A stretch of DNA of 40,357 nucleotides from Bacteroidia bacterium (GCA_035438225.1 DAORHY010000001.1:1-40357); one strand, 5' to 3'; counted from the stretch's first letter, positions 27,869-36,886 are shown. The notes: generated by a model not told the origin, from the sequence alone. Numbers and translations: made by a program.

Positions 27869-28327
27869 TTATTTTTCACAAATTTCTTTTAACGTATCGA
27901 GTGCCTTTGGGTAAGTCTGGTTCATATAATCCAGAAAATCTTCGGCGGTGTCTAATTCAACAGTAATGGTTGTAGTTCCGTTGCTTTCTTCGAAGGTGTA
28001 GTTCTCAAATCCATTGGCCCATTTTTCTACCTCCGGTCCATCTGTAATTTCCTTGCCGGCTTGAAAAAGACCATAATGCTGAACCGAAACAAATCGGTTG
28101 GGAACGTTATCAACTATCCTGGATACCATTCCACCCCTTTCTCCCTTCTCGTCTACTCCAATAAACAGCATTTTTGTTCCCTTGTCCCAACTTCCTTCAT
28201 ACGTCGATGTCGGGTTAAACAAAGCAGTCCATTGCTCATATGTCGATTTATTGCTGATGCCAAGCATAGAATCATAAACCCTGCTTACAGGTGCTTTGAT
28301 GCTTACTGTGAATTGTAACTGTTTCAT
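27869..28327 (-). CDS. SRPBCC-superfamily protein (AHSA1-like)
   Basis: The 152-aa product begins MKQLQFTVSIKAPVSRVYDSMLG. It continues W...FENYTFEESNGTTTITVELD, typical of Aha1-domain START-fold proteins. Confidence 0.65.
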   Translation of the reverse strand: MKQLQFTVSIKAPVSRVYDSMLGISNKSTYEQWTALFNPTSTYEGSWDKGTKMLFIGVDEKGERGGMVSRIVDNVPNRFVSVQHYGLFQAGKEITDGPEVEKWANGFENYTFEESNGTTTITVELDTAEDFLDYMNQTYPKALDTLKEICEK

Positions 28328-28444
28328 AGTATGAATAGTTGTATCCGTTTATCTTTCGTTTGTTATTTTCCGTCATTCTTCGCTGTCGTATAATATAGCC
28401 GATGACACAAAACTAAACTTAACTCCATTCCTCCCCTCTCCTCC

Positions 28445-28452
28445 CAAAGATA
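28445..28452 (-). promoter_or_regulatory. -7 promoter box (TATCTTTG) upstream of the 27869..28327 gene
   Basis: The minus strand reads GGTTTGGCGGTAAAATGTATCTTTGGGAGG. It is part of a module of about 55 nt duplicated at 31146-31212. Confidence 0.5.
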
Positions 28453-28550
28453 CATTTTACCGCCAAACCACCACACGGAACGATCCTTCACGCTGCGAAG
28501 AATTTCATTGATCCTGTGCAGCTTTAACATTCTGTACTCCGGGCCCGGTG

Positions 28551-29636
28551 TTAGCTGCCGTAATTTTCCTTTAATTTTCTCATCAAAAGCCGTACTCCTT
28601 GTTGGGTATCCGGATTGAATGAATTGGTAAAAATTACATACGCCTTACCTTTCAGTCTGTCAATATGAACCAGCGTATAGTAAGTACCTGCCGTACCGGA
28701 ATGGGTGGAAAGCTCCTTCCCGTTTTCATAAATAGTGTACCAACCCAGCGAATAATTTTCAATTCCTTTGAGCAGGAATTGAACCGTTTGTGCCTTCAGA
28801 TAATTGTCCTTCCCTTCCAGCCCTTGCAAATTCAACTGAATAAACGTTGCGTAATCCTTCAAGCGGATATTCAGATCTCCCGCCGGCTCCGTAAAATCCA
28901 AACGATAGTCGGTAGTGGAGGGAACGGGAATTAATTTACCATTTTCAGTAGCATGCCCCCAGGTATCTTTTATTTTTTGGTTTTCCGGCCAGGAGAATTT
29001 TACATCCAATTTCAAATCCCGGTTATACACTTCCTCTATTAATTGTTCCCAGCTTTTTTGTGTTACTTTTTCTACCATCAACGTTGCCAGTGTATAGCCA
29101 GCGTTGGAATAAGTAAATTTTTGCAGGGTGTCCGCGGCCACAGGATTTAATGTAAGCACAAACTTTCCAAAGCCTTCTCTTTTTTCCTGTGTTGTACCTG
29201 TCAGTTCCGGAATGGCAGGGTCATTGTCGCCCTGAAAAGGCTGTATTCCTGCCCGGTGCGAAAGCAAATCCTGCAGTGTGATTTCATGATATTCAACCCT
29301 GGAACTGCTCTTCCATTCCGGAAATAAGTCAAAGAATTTCGTTGACCATTTTAATTTCCCCGCTTCAACATATTTAGCAATCACAAATGCCGTCATGGCC
29401 TTGGTATTGGAACCAATATGAAACCGGTCGTTCAAGGTGGCGGTATCCGGAAGGTCAACAGAATGCTTTCCCAATGCCGCAATTTCCACTATCGTTTTGC
29501 TGTCCAGTACTGCATACGATAGTTCAGGTATGTGATAACTGTTCCGGACAGAGTCTGCAAATTGAATCGTTTTTTGCCCAAGACAAATTGTTGTTACATG
29601 GACTAAAAGTATGGTCAGTAGTTGTTTTGATCTCAT
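28551..29636 (-). CDS. Beta-lactamase-family serine hydrolase (class C / PBP4*-like fold)
   Basis: The internal ATG at 29636 gives the signal peptide MRSKQLLTILLVHVTTICLG. The S-x-x-K box is FHIGSNTKAMTAFVI and the YSN box is FTYSNAGYTLA. HSGTAGTY near the C-terminus resembles the KTG/HxG box. Confidence 0.8.
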   Translation of the reverse strand: MRSKQLLTILLVHVTTICLGQKTIQFADSVRNSYHIPELSYAVLDSKTIVEIAALGKHSVDLPDTATLNDRFHIGSNTKAMTAFVIAKYVEAGKLKWSTKFFDLFPEWKSSSRVEYHEITLQDLLSHRAGIQPFQGDNDPAIPELTGTTQEKREGFGKFVLTLNPVAADTLQKFTYSNAGYTLATLMVEKVTQKSWEQLIEEVYNRDLKLDVKFSWPENQKIKDTWGHATENGKLIPVPSTTDYRLDFTEPAGDLNIRLKDYATFIQLNLQGLEGKDNYLKAQTVQFLLKGIENYSLGWYTIYENGKELSTHSGTAGTYYTLVHIDRLKGKAYVIFTNSFNPDTQQGVRLLMRKLKENYGS

Positions 29637-29814
29637 TGTGGATTGTGGGGTTGTTGGTACTGCCGGTAACAATTCGGGGCTTTGCGAATAACCACATTTC
29701 GGAGTACTAAACTGTCAATAAGCACTGAACTTGAATAGAAGCACAAAGGTTCATTTAAACACCGTACCAGCGATTTTGCCAAACGCCTGTTAGCCTTCGA
29801 TTTTTTATCTGTCG

Positions 29815-31086
29815 TCACTGTTTATTCAGCTCGTCAAACTTTGCTTTCATTGTCGGATTGCCATGAGTTAATTTTTTTATACTTAAATCTTCGGCTTTTT
29901 GATTTGCAAGCCGAAGGTTGTTGTCAGAAGACAATAAAGCGTCTTTGGTTTTTTGCAGGTGGTCAATGGTTTTATCAATTTCTTCAATGGCAGTTTTAAA
30001 TTTACGACTTGCTAATTCATAGTTTCTCGCAAATCCTTCTTTGAAAGTATTTATTTTTTCTTCGAAATCAGTAATGTCTATATTTTGATTCCTTACTAAA
30101 GCAAGTTCTGCTTTATAGCGCATAGAACTCATGGCTGCGTTTCGAAGAAGTGTAATTATCGGAATGAAAAATTGAGGACGCACCACATACATTTTGCTGT
30201 ATTTATGCGATACATCAACAATTCCTGTATTATAGAATTCGCTTTCCGCTTCTAAAAGAGAAACAAGAACAGCGAACTCGCATTTTTTCTCGGTGCGGTC
30301 TTTATCAAGTTCTTTTAAAAAATCTTCATTCCTTTTTTTGGTCGCCGTTTCATCACCCTCATTTTTCATCTCGAACATTATTGAAATGATTTCATTTCCA
30401 GCCTCGTCAGTCTCCCTATAAATAAAATCTCCCTTGCTACCGGATTTTGATTCATTGTCTTTTTCAAAATAGGCTTTTTGAAAAGCTGTTGCACGAAGTT
30501 TGTTAAACTCTGTTTCACAATGTTGTTCAAGTGTTTCGCCTAACATTTTAGTTGATAATTTCAACTTCATATCTTTGCGAAGCGCGATCTCCTCGTCTTT
30601 GTGCTTAATAATGGCGTCTTTTTCCTTTAGTTCAGCAGAGTATTTTTCACTTAATGCCTTTTCAAGAAGTTGTTTTTCTGTGTCTTTTATTTTTACAACA
30701 TTGGCCAAATCATCACGTTCTTTTTCAACTTTTTGGGTAGCTTCTGCAATTGCAAGTTTCCGTTCAACTTCGGCATTGTCAAGTTTCGCTTTCAGTTGTG
30801 TTAACTCAGTTTCTTTATGGGATAATTTTTGGGACAATTCAACATCCTTTTGAGCCGTCAGCTTGGTGAGTTCGTTATCTTTCCTTGCAAATTGTTCATG
30901 CAGGGAATTTCTAACATTGGCTTCTGCTAATTTTACGGCACTCTCTTTTTCGATTTCTGCAAGTGTCAGGCGCTTTAACAATTCTTCTTCAAATTGATGG
31001 TCACGAACTTGTTTTAGAATTTCAGCAAAGCCAGCCTCATCTACATTAAAAGCTTTTTTACAATTAGGACAAATTATTTCGTTCAT
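29815..31086 (-). CDS. DUF2130-type protein: N-terminal zinc ribbon, long coiled coil, C-terminal PD-(D/E)xK-like module (RmuC-like architecture)
   Basis: The N-terminus is [13 protein letters not shown]. About 180 aa of E/K/L-rich heptads follow, then [25 protein letters not shown] (D...E-x-K). The DUF2130 name is from recall. Confidence 0.7.
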   Translation of the reverse strand: MNEIICPNCKKAFNVDEAGFAEILKQVRDHQFEEELLKRLTLAEIEKESAVKLAEANVRNSLHEQFARKDNELTKLTAQKDVELSQKLSHKETELTQLKAKLDNAEVERKLAIAEATQKVEKERDDLANVVKIKDTEKQLLEKALSEKYSAELKEKDAIIKHKDEEIALRKDMKLKLSTKMLGETLEQHCETEFNKLRATAFQKAYFEKDNESKSGSKGDFIYRETDEAGNEIISIMFEMKNEGDETATKKRNEDFLKELDKDRTEKKCEFAVLVSLLEAESEFYNTGIVDVSHKYSKMYVVRPQFFIPIITLLRNAAMSSMRYKAELALVRNQNIDITDFEEKINTFKEGFARNYELASRKFKTAIEEIDKTIDHLQKTKDALLSSDNNLRLANQKAEDLSIKKLTHGNPTMKAKFDELNKQ

Positions 31087-31173
31087 ATATTCTTAGTTTG
31101 GTTGGTTAAGGAAGGTTGTCATAAATGAGTATTAACACCGAACGATACCCAACTCATTCAGCCTCCCTCCCCT

Positions 31174-31181
31174 CAAAGATA
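31174..31181 (-). promoter_or_regulatory. -7 promoter box (TATCTTTG) upstream of the DUF2130 gene
   Basis: The minus strand reads GGTTTGGTGGCAAAATGTATCTTTGAGGGG, ending 88 nt upstream of the ATG at 31086. Confidence 0.5.
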
Positions 31182-31369
31182 CATTTTGCCACCAAACCAC
31201 ACCACAGGACCGGACCCTGGATGGCCGGGTATGTGGTGTTTTGTGTCGCTCGACTCCCAAAAGCAGCGGGTTTGCCAGAACATTGAAATAAAGAATCATT
31301 TGGTAAAACTGAAACCCGATCCAAATCAAATGCTACGCACCCCGAAGAGAAGTAAATTGTCGGGAAGCC

Positions 31370-32056
31370 TCAACAGATCATCAACAACCGGCACTGTCCG
31401 TTCTTCTCCTTTGTACAAGGCAGTGCCTGACTGCCAGGGTAATCAACCGCAAGTCGCCACAAATTACCAAGGCCTGTGCGAATAGGCGTTGCTTGCGGTT
31501 TCGCCCGATAATGCAGGTCAAAGAAATGTTCACTTAAAAATGATTCAAACGCTTCATCTGCTCCACGGTATCGTTTTTTAAGTTCATCCCGAATTTCAGG
31601 AACAAGTACTTTTTGTTCTGCCTCTGAATTTGGCAACAATTCACTCGACTCGCCATAGTAGGTGCACAAAAAAGTATCGGTTGGTACCGGAGAACGATCG
31701 ACATGAAAAGAATAAACATCCGTAGGAAAAAATGGACAGGAATGATCTCTTTCATAGTTCCGGATAAGATTTAACACCGGCGATGCGCCCTGAGCCTTCA
31801 ACGCCTGAAAGTCACTCAAAATAATTTCACGGGCAAGCTCCCCCGCCTCACTCAACGGAAGTTCAAAAAGCTCTTTTTCATCGATCTCCCTGATATTCCC
31901 GCTGAGCTTTATCTTCTCCACAATCTCCGTGAAATCACCCGCCAGTGTACGCGTCCAGCAAATTGCATTCCGCTCACCTTGAAATGGCGTGGAAACCAGA
32001 TCCTGAAAATTCGTGACCCGGTGAATTTGATTCCCTGGATGCAATGATTCTTTCAT
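31370..32056 (-). CDS. Hypothetical cytoplasmic protein (possibly DUF1826)
   Basis: The ORF-track frame is 31370..32149, and I prefer the internal ATG at 32056 (MKESLHPGNQIHRV...). The DUF1826 assignment is weak recall of the NAICW.R.L.GDF motif. Confidence 0.5.
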   Translation of the reverse strand: MKESLHPGNQIHRVTNFQDLVSTPFQGERNAICWTRTLAGDFTEIVEKIKLSGNIREIDEKELFELPLSEAGELAREIILSDFQALKAQGASPVLNLIRNYERDHSCPFFPTDVYSFHVDRSPVPTDTFLCTYYGESSELLPNSEAEQKVLVPEIRDELKKRYRGADEAFESFLSEHFFDLHYRAKPQATPIRTGLGNLWRLAVDYPGSQALPCTKEKNGQCRLLMIC

Positions 32057-32214
32057 AAGGGGTACCTGTGTGCATTTCGCTTTGCAGGATAGAATAGCTG
32101 TCTTCTCAAAACAAATATAGATAAAAGACGACAACGCATTGCAAATCAATTATACCGTTGCGAAGGATCTCCGGGATCCTTCGCAGCGGGAATCTACATA
32201 GGTTATCCACACGT

Positions 32215-33597
32215 TTATTCCTTTTCTTGTTCAGTCGGAATTGGCTTATTGGTTTTTTTCCAAACTTCATTTCCCTGGCGACCCTTGATTTGTAGTTTTT
32301 CAATTTCACCTGTATCATTTCTTGAAAATTCTATGGTTGTCATCATGCTTTCAAAGAAAAACTTATCCTTTTGGTATGCATTCACTTTATATTTTGTGCT
32401 GCCACTTCGCTGAGAATACAGTTGATTTTCCGACAGGGAAATCAGGCGTTGTTCTCCTTTCACATTTTCATAAACGCCGGTATAGCCTTTCAGTACAGTA
32501 TTTTCAATGGGAATTTCTTTGTATTCGTAAGGCTTTCCAATGGTGAGTGCAGCGATTTTTGCGCCAATTACATCCGGTGGATTACAATTGCAATTTGAAA
32601 AAACAGCAACAAATACATCCTCTTTGGGTAAATAAATTGATTGAGTCAAAAATCCATTGATCCCTCCACCATGCTCAATAGTAGGCCTTTCCTGAACGTT
32701 GTCTAAATACCAACCATAGCCATAATCTGTTTCAGTACCATCCGTCAATGTATACTTTGTAAAAGCTTTATCGAGGCTTTCCTTTTTTACTAATTGACAG
32801 GAATGAACGGCCTGATGCCACTTAAATAAGTCTTCTACCGTTGATTGTATCGAACCTGCTGAGTAAGGTTGAGTCATACTGATAGGAGGAGCATTTACAA
32901 AACCAATACTATCTTTATCATAAGCACCCGCCCTGTATTTTACAATTTTTGAATCGCTACCGTACAGTGAATTTGTCATGCCAAGAGGCTTAAAAATGTT
33001 TTCTTCTACATAGTGTGCATAGGTTTTGCCTGTAATTTTTTCAATAATATAACCCAGTAAAAAATACCCCGAATTGCTATAATTCCACTTTGTGCCAGGA
33101 GCAAACTCCATCGGCTCGTTTTTGAAATGGTTAATTAATTCACCTGGTTTCAAATCTAAACTCATTTTTTCTTCAAAATCTTTCATATCCGTATAACTCC
33201 GGATGCCTGATGTATGCGTAAGCAAATGCTCAATGGTGATGGTATGTCCATGCGTAGGATAATCAGGGATAAACCTGGTGATGTCGTCTTGCAAATTCAG
33301 TTTTCCTTGTTCCATCAATTGCAATATGACCACAGCTGTAAATTGCTTGGTGATCGAGCCAATTCTGAAAACATTGTCCACTTGCATCGGAATAGCATAC
33401 TCCAAATTAGCCATGCCAAATGCTTTTTTATAGAGAATACGACCATTTCGGGCTACCAAAGCCGTTGCTCCCGTTTCATTGGATTTGTATTGCTCCGACA
33501 ACATTTTGTCAAATCCAGAAAAGAGTTGTTTGTTGTCTATTTGTTGTGCAAAAGTATGGTCAGCCAAAAGGCAAAGAGTAAGGAATAAGATTTTCAT
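32215..33597 (-). CDS. Beta-lactamase-family serine hydrolase with extra C-terminal domain
   Basis: The internal ATG at 33597 gives the signal peptide MKILFLTLCLLADHTFAQ. The S-x-x-K box is FRIGSITKQFTAVVI and the YSN box is WNYSNSGYFLLG. HGGGINGF is HxG-like. Confidence 0.8.
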   Translation of the reverse strand: MKILFLTLCLLADHTFAQQIDNKQLFSGFDKMLSEQYKSNETGATALVARNGRILYKKAFGMANLEYAIPMQVDNVFRIGSITKQFTAVVILQLMEQGKLNLQDDITRFIPDYPTHGHTITIEHLLTHTSGIRSYTDMKDFEEKMSLDLKPGELINHFKNEPMEFAPGTKWNYSNSGYFLLGYIIEKITGKTYAHYVEENIFKPLGMTNSLYGSDSKIVKYRAGAYDKDSIGFVNAPPISMTQPYSAGSIQSTVEDLFKWHQAVHSCQLVKKESLDKAFTKYTLTDGTETDYGYGWYLDNVQERPTIEHGGGINGFLTQSIYLPKEDVFVAVFSNCNCNPPDVIGAKIAALTIGKPYEYKEIPIENTVLKGYTGVYENVKGEQRLISLSENQLYSQRSGSTKYKVNAYQKDKFFFESMMTTIEFSRNDTGEIEKLQIKGRQGNEVWKKTNKPIPTEQEKE

Positions 33598-33670
33598 TTT
33601 TATCAATATGTCTTTTAAAATTATTTGCTGACTTTTTAAGCTCACACAGAACGACAGTTCGAGCAAAAAT

Positions 33671-33678
33671 CAAAGCTA
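33671..33678 (-). promoter_or_regulatory. -7 promoter box (TAGCTTTG) upstream of the 32215..33597 gene
   Basis: The minus strand reads TAGCTTTG, matching TAnnTTTG, 74 nt upstream of the ATG at 33597. Confidence 0.4.
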
Positions 33679-34157
33679 ATTAATATTCTATAGCCTATTC
33701 TGTTCCTTAACCGACTGTACAGCAAAAAAATAGTTTTGGCACAAAAGCAGAAAAAACATCAACTGACTATGCATTCATTTCCATAACTGTACCCGGTTTT
33801 CATACTTTGAAAAACATCTTAACACTTTTAAAATTTCATAGCAGAAATTTAATGTAAGGCTACCGTCGCATCAGTTCAACACAGGATTAAAACGCTGCTC
33901 CGCTTCGCTGCACGCGTTTAATCCTTATATGTTGGCACCTGGTGTTCTGTCGTCCGTCCTTGCAAACCATTGTCAGTATTGAGTTTCAGTATCATTGTCT
34001 GTCGGATTGTGCGTTTCGTTTTTTATTTTTTTTTGAAGGGTCGGGAAATTTTTTAAAAACAATTTTTCTCTGCGTTGGCTTTGCAAGCTCTTTGACAAAG
34101 CTTTGGTCTGTGCTTGGGCTTGTGCGGCTTTGGCAATGTGCTTGCAAAATGCGTGGA

Positions 34158-35537
34158 CTATTTTTTAATTGTCTTCAAAGTTTCGTTAATCTCCTTCATT
34201 GTGTCTGTTAGTGTTTTACTTCTATAGCCAAAAAAGCTTGTTGGTTTGTCTTTCATCATTGATGGCAAAGAATAAATTGTAGAAACTGCTTGTAAAATCA
34301 GGTCTTCTTTTTTCGAACCAGAAATGTCACCATACGCTTGAACTGTCAAGGCAATAGCAGAACGAAAAGCATATTCTTCTTGAAAAGTCCTTTCTCTCAC
34401 ATATTGTTTAATGGTAAAGAATAGTACTATCATTATCGGTGTTGATTTCAAAGAATTAATTACGAGAAACTGCCAATCAATTGTTTGGGGCATTGGCATT
34501 GCTGTAATCAATCCAAAGAAGTTTGTAAATATTCCAATTATTAATAACAATGCCGCAACACCAGTTCCAATTACAATCAAGGCCCAACGTTTTACTGGAG
34601 CTTCTAAATCTTTTTTTCTGTCGTTGAAAGTATTGAAAAGTCGCACTGCTCCTTCTTTCCCAATCAATTCATTTAAGACTAAAATTTGTTTATCAAATGT
34701 TTTACTCTGTTCTAAAACAGAAGCAAGCATTTTGTCAAATTCAACATTTTTCTTTGAACCGTTTTCAATTTCAGTAGTGAATAACTCTTTTAATTCTTTG
34801 ATGTCCTTTTGGAATGCAGTATAAACAGTTTTCTCTTCCTCAATTTTTTTAGTAATTGTGTCAAGATTTGTATTCTGTTGAGTTAAAAGACCGTTTATTG
34901 ATTCATTCGTAGCGGTACTTGTATTCAGAAGTCTGTTTATTTCTTCCGAGTTATTTCTTGCTGTCGGTAATAAGCCTTCAATCTCTGCTAGTTCTTTCTT
35001 TTTAGTTGCAACGAGTAATTCAAGATTTTCCTTTTCTGTTTTCAGAGATTCAAGAAGCGTTTTATTTGTTTCAATATTTTTGGCAAGGTGCTCGGAAATT
35101 AGCCTCAGTTTGCTTTCCATTTCTGTAATTTGAGCAAAACGCTTTTTGTCATCTCTCTCTAAAACCTTGTCCCAAAAACCATTTGCAACTTGATAGTAAA
35201 CCAAACGAGTTAAAACATTTACTGCTTCTGCGAAATTGTTTGCTTCTAGGTATGCATTTAAATTGGCTAAATCATCACCTAAATTACCATTGCCAAAATC
35301 ATTTTGAAATTGATATTGAAACGGAAGAATATTTGAAAATGGAGTTTCAAGAACTTGCCCCAACTGCGAAATAACCTTTTTAGAGTATTGCGACAATTCG
35401 CTTACGGTGTAATAGCCAACAGCAATGCTTGAAAGGTCTGTGTAGTCCTTATAAACTTCTGCAATACGTTTGTCAATTTCTAATTTCCAAAACGGCTCTA
35501 ATTGGGCTAATACTCTTTGTTTTTGTTCTTGATTCAT
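34158..35537 (-). CDS. Uncharacterised coiled-coil protein with C-terminal 2-TM module; fourth gene of the type I R-M operon
   Basis: The 459-aa gene starts 14 nt after the hsdS stop on the same strand. The N-terminal helical domain is about 135 aa, followed by about 170 aa of E/K/L/N/T heptads. The hydrophobic segments are WALIVIGTGVAALLLIIGIFTNFFGLITAM and WQFLVINSLKSTPIMIVLFFTI (nt 34407-34586). The tail is an amphipathic RERTFQEEYAFRSAIALTVQAY. I recognise no family. Confidence 0.7.
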   Translation of the reverse strand: MNQEQKQRVLAQLEPFWKLEIDKRIAEVYKDYTDLSSIAVGYYTVSELSQYSKKVISQLGQVLETPFSNILPFQYQFQNDFGNGNLGDDLANLNAYLEANNFAEAVNVLTRLVYYQVANGFWDKVLERDDKKRFAQITEMESKLRLISEHLAKNIETNKTLLESLKTEKENLELLVATKKKELAEIEGLLPTARNNSEEINRLLNTSTATNESINGLLTQQNTNLDTITKKIEEEKTVYTAFQKDIKELKELFTTEIENGSKKNVEFDKMLASVLEQSKTFDKQILVLNELIGKEGAVRLFNTFNDRKKDLEAPVKRWALIVIGTGVAALLLIIGIFTNFFGLITAMPMPQTIDWQFLVINSLKSTPIMIVLFFTIKQYVRERTFQEEYAFRSAIALTVQAYGDISGSKKEDLILQAVSTIYSLPSMMKDKPTSFFGYRSKTLTDTMKEINETLKTIKK

Positions 35538-35551
35538 CTTCTTTATTTTAT

Positions 35552-36886
35552 TTAAACTTCAACCGGTTCTTTTCTCAACGCCTCTCTCAAAACCTGTTGC
35601 AGTAATTTTTCTTTTTGTAATTCACTTTGTTTGATGCTTGCTTCCAACTCATTGCAATACTGCATTAATTCATCTAATTTTTGAACGATACGGTTTTGTT
35701 CTGCAATAGGCGGTAGAGGGAAATCAATTTCGCTTAAAATCTTTAAACTTAGAAACGGTTGTAAACCACCTTTTGTAAGCTCTGCATAAATTTCATCTTT
35801 TCTTAAAAGGAAGTAATAGAAAAGCAGCTTATTTAAAATTAGGCTTTGATTGAACTTTAAAATTGCTGTATTCTTAAAACTAAATTCAAAATCAACATCA
35901 ATTATCGCAGGAGTTCCACATCCAGCACCAATATTTACAACTAAAATTTCACCTTTTTGTGGGTATGCTTTTATATATAGCTCTCTATGATATTTTTCAT
36001 CAACGTAATTGCAATTGTCCCAATCAATTTTATCTGACTTAACTTGGGTTGCAGCTATGTATGGAATTCCCTTTGAAACTTTAGGCGGAGTATTATGAAA
36101 GCCATCGGTTATTTTAGTGCAAATTTCTCCTAACCTACACCAAACCCAATTTTCAGGAATGTCAAACGGGATTTCTTCAGGTTTGATGGGTGGTATTTCT
36201 TTTTCCTTTTTGAGTTTCTTTTCTGAAATCAGTTTTTCTTTTTCGGCTTTTATCTTTTTAAGCAATTCGCTTGCTGGTTCGTCTTTGGGGTTTGGCTCTA
36301 CCAATTTGCCTTGCACCGCATCTTGCAACAATTGCTGACGGAGTTTTTTTACTAAGGTGAGTTGGTGGGTAAGTTCGGTGGAGATTTCTATTGAATTATC
36401 TTTTTTACTTGACAATTCTTTTACAATTTCCTCCTGTTCATCAATATCTGGAAATGGAATTTCTATTTCTAGTATTTCTCTTTCGTGAATAGATTTTTGT
36501 GCAGAACCAGTAGTTTGAATTTTGTTTAGTTCATCATAAAAATACGGGGACTTCAAAAGGAATTTCAAATATTCTAAATTGATTCCTTCAACAGAAAACA
36601 TTGGCATATTTTCAGTGGCAATGCATCCATCAACCTCTAACGGAGCTATACCAATTGAACCATCCTGTACACCTTGTCTTACGAACATAAGTGTATTTGG
36701 ATATTTTTTAAGGTCAATTTGAAATTGCCTTTTACGCCCAATTTCTTTACCCATTTTAGTGCCACGAAATGTTACACCATCATATTTTGAAATAGTCACC
36801 TGCTTGTATTCAATATCATTTTGAACTAGGTGCTCAATCCGGTATTGTTTTAAAATTTGCTTCAACTTTACTTTCTTCCAACTCAT
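35552..36886 (-). CDS. hsdS: Type I restriction-modification specificity subunit
   Basis: The 444-aa gene has an ATGA overlap with hsdM. Two target-recognition halves are separated by a K/E-rich central helix (ELLKKIKAEKEKLISEKKLKKEKE). The conserved C-terminal helix is FPLPPIAEQNRIVQKLDELMQYCNELE. Confidence 0.88.
   Translation of the reverse strand: MSWKKVKLKQILKQYRIEHLVQNDIEYKQVTISKYDGVTFRGTKMGKEIGRKRQFQIDLKKYPNTLMFVRQGVQDGSIGIAPLEVDGCIATENMPMFSVEGINLEYLKFLLKSPYFYDELNKIQTTGSAQKSIHEREILEIEIPFPDIDEQEEIVKELSSKKDNSIEISTELTHQLTLVKKLRQQLLQDAVQGKLVEPNPKDEPASELLKKIKAEKEKLISEKKLKKEKEIPPIKPEEIPFDIPENWVWCRLGEICTKITDGFHNTPPKVSKGIPYIAATQVKSDKIDWDNCNYVDEKYHRELYIKAYPQKGEILVVNIGAGCGTPAIIDVDFEFSFKNTAILKFNQSLILNKLLFYYFLLRKDEIYAELTKGGLQPFLSLKILSEIDFPLPPIAEQNRIVQKLDELMQYCNELEASIKQSELQKEKLLQQVLREALRKEPVEV

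Noticed and set aside
31132-31329. 65-aa and 99-aa ORFs (31132..31329 minus, 31186..31485 plus) in the gap upstream of the DUF2130 gene
   Set aside because: They overlap the duplicated promoter/leader module and have no start context or recognisable features. They are more parsimoniously non-coding.
19582-33666. Integron gene-cassette array or CALIN, suggested by co-directional small cargo genes including arr
   Set aside because: I looked in the inter-gene spacers for attC architecture (5' RYYYAAC ... GTTRRRY 3' imperfect hairpins directly after stop codons). I found only generic hairpins, some with the opposite arrangement (GTTAGC...GCTAAC at 25311-25343). The spacers are long and carry their own promoter boxes, and no intI is present. 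I keep it only as something to test computationally.
35552-36886. Phase-variable hsdS shufflon
   Set aside because: There is no second hsdS copy, no inverted hsdS fragments and no recombinase gene in the window.
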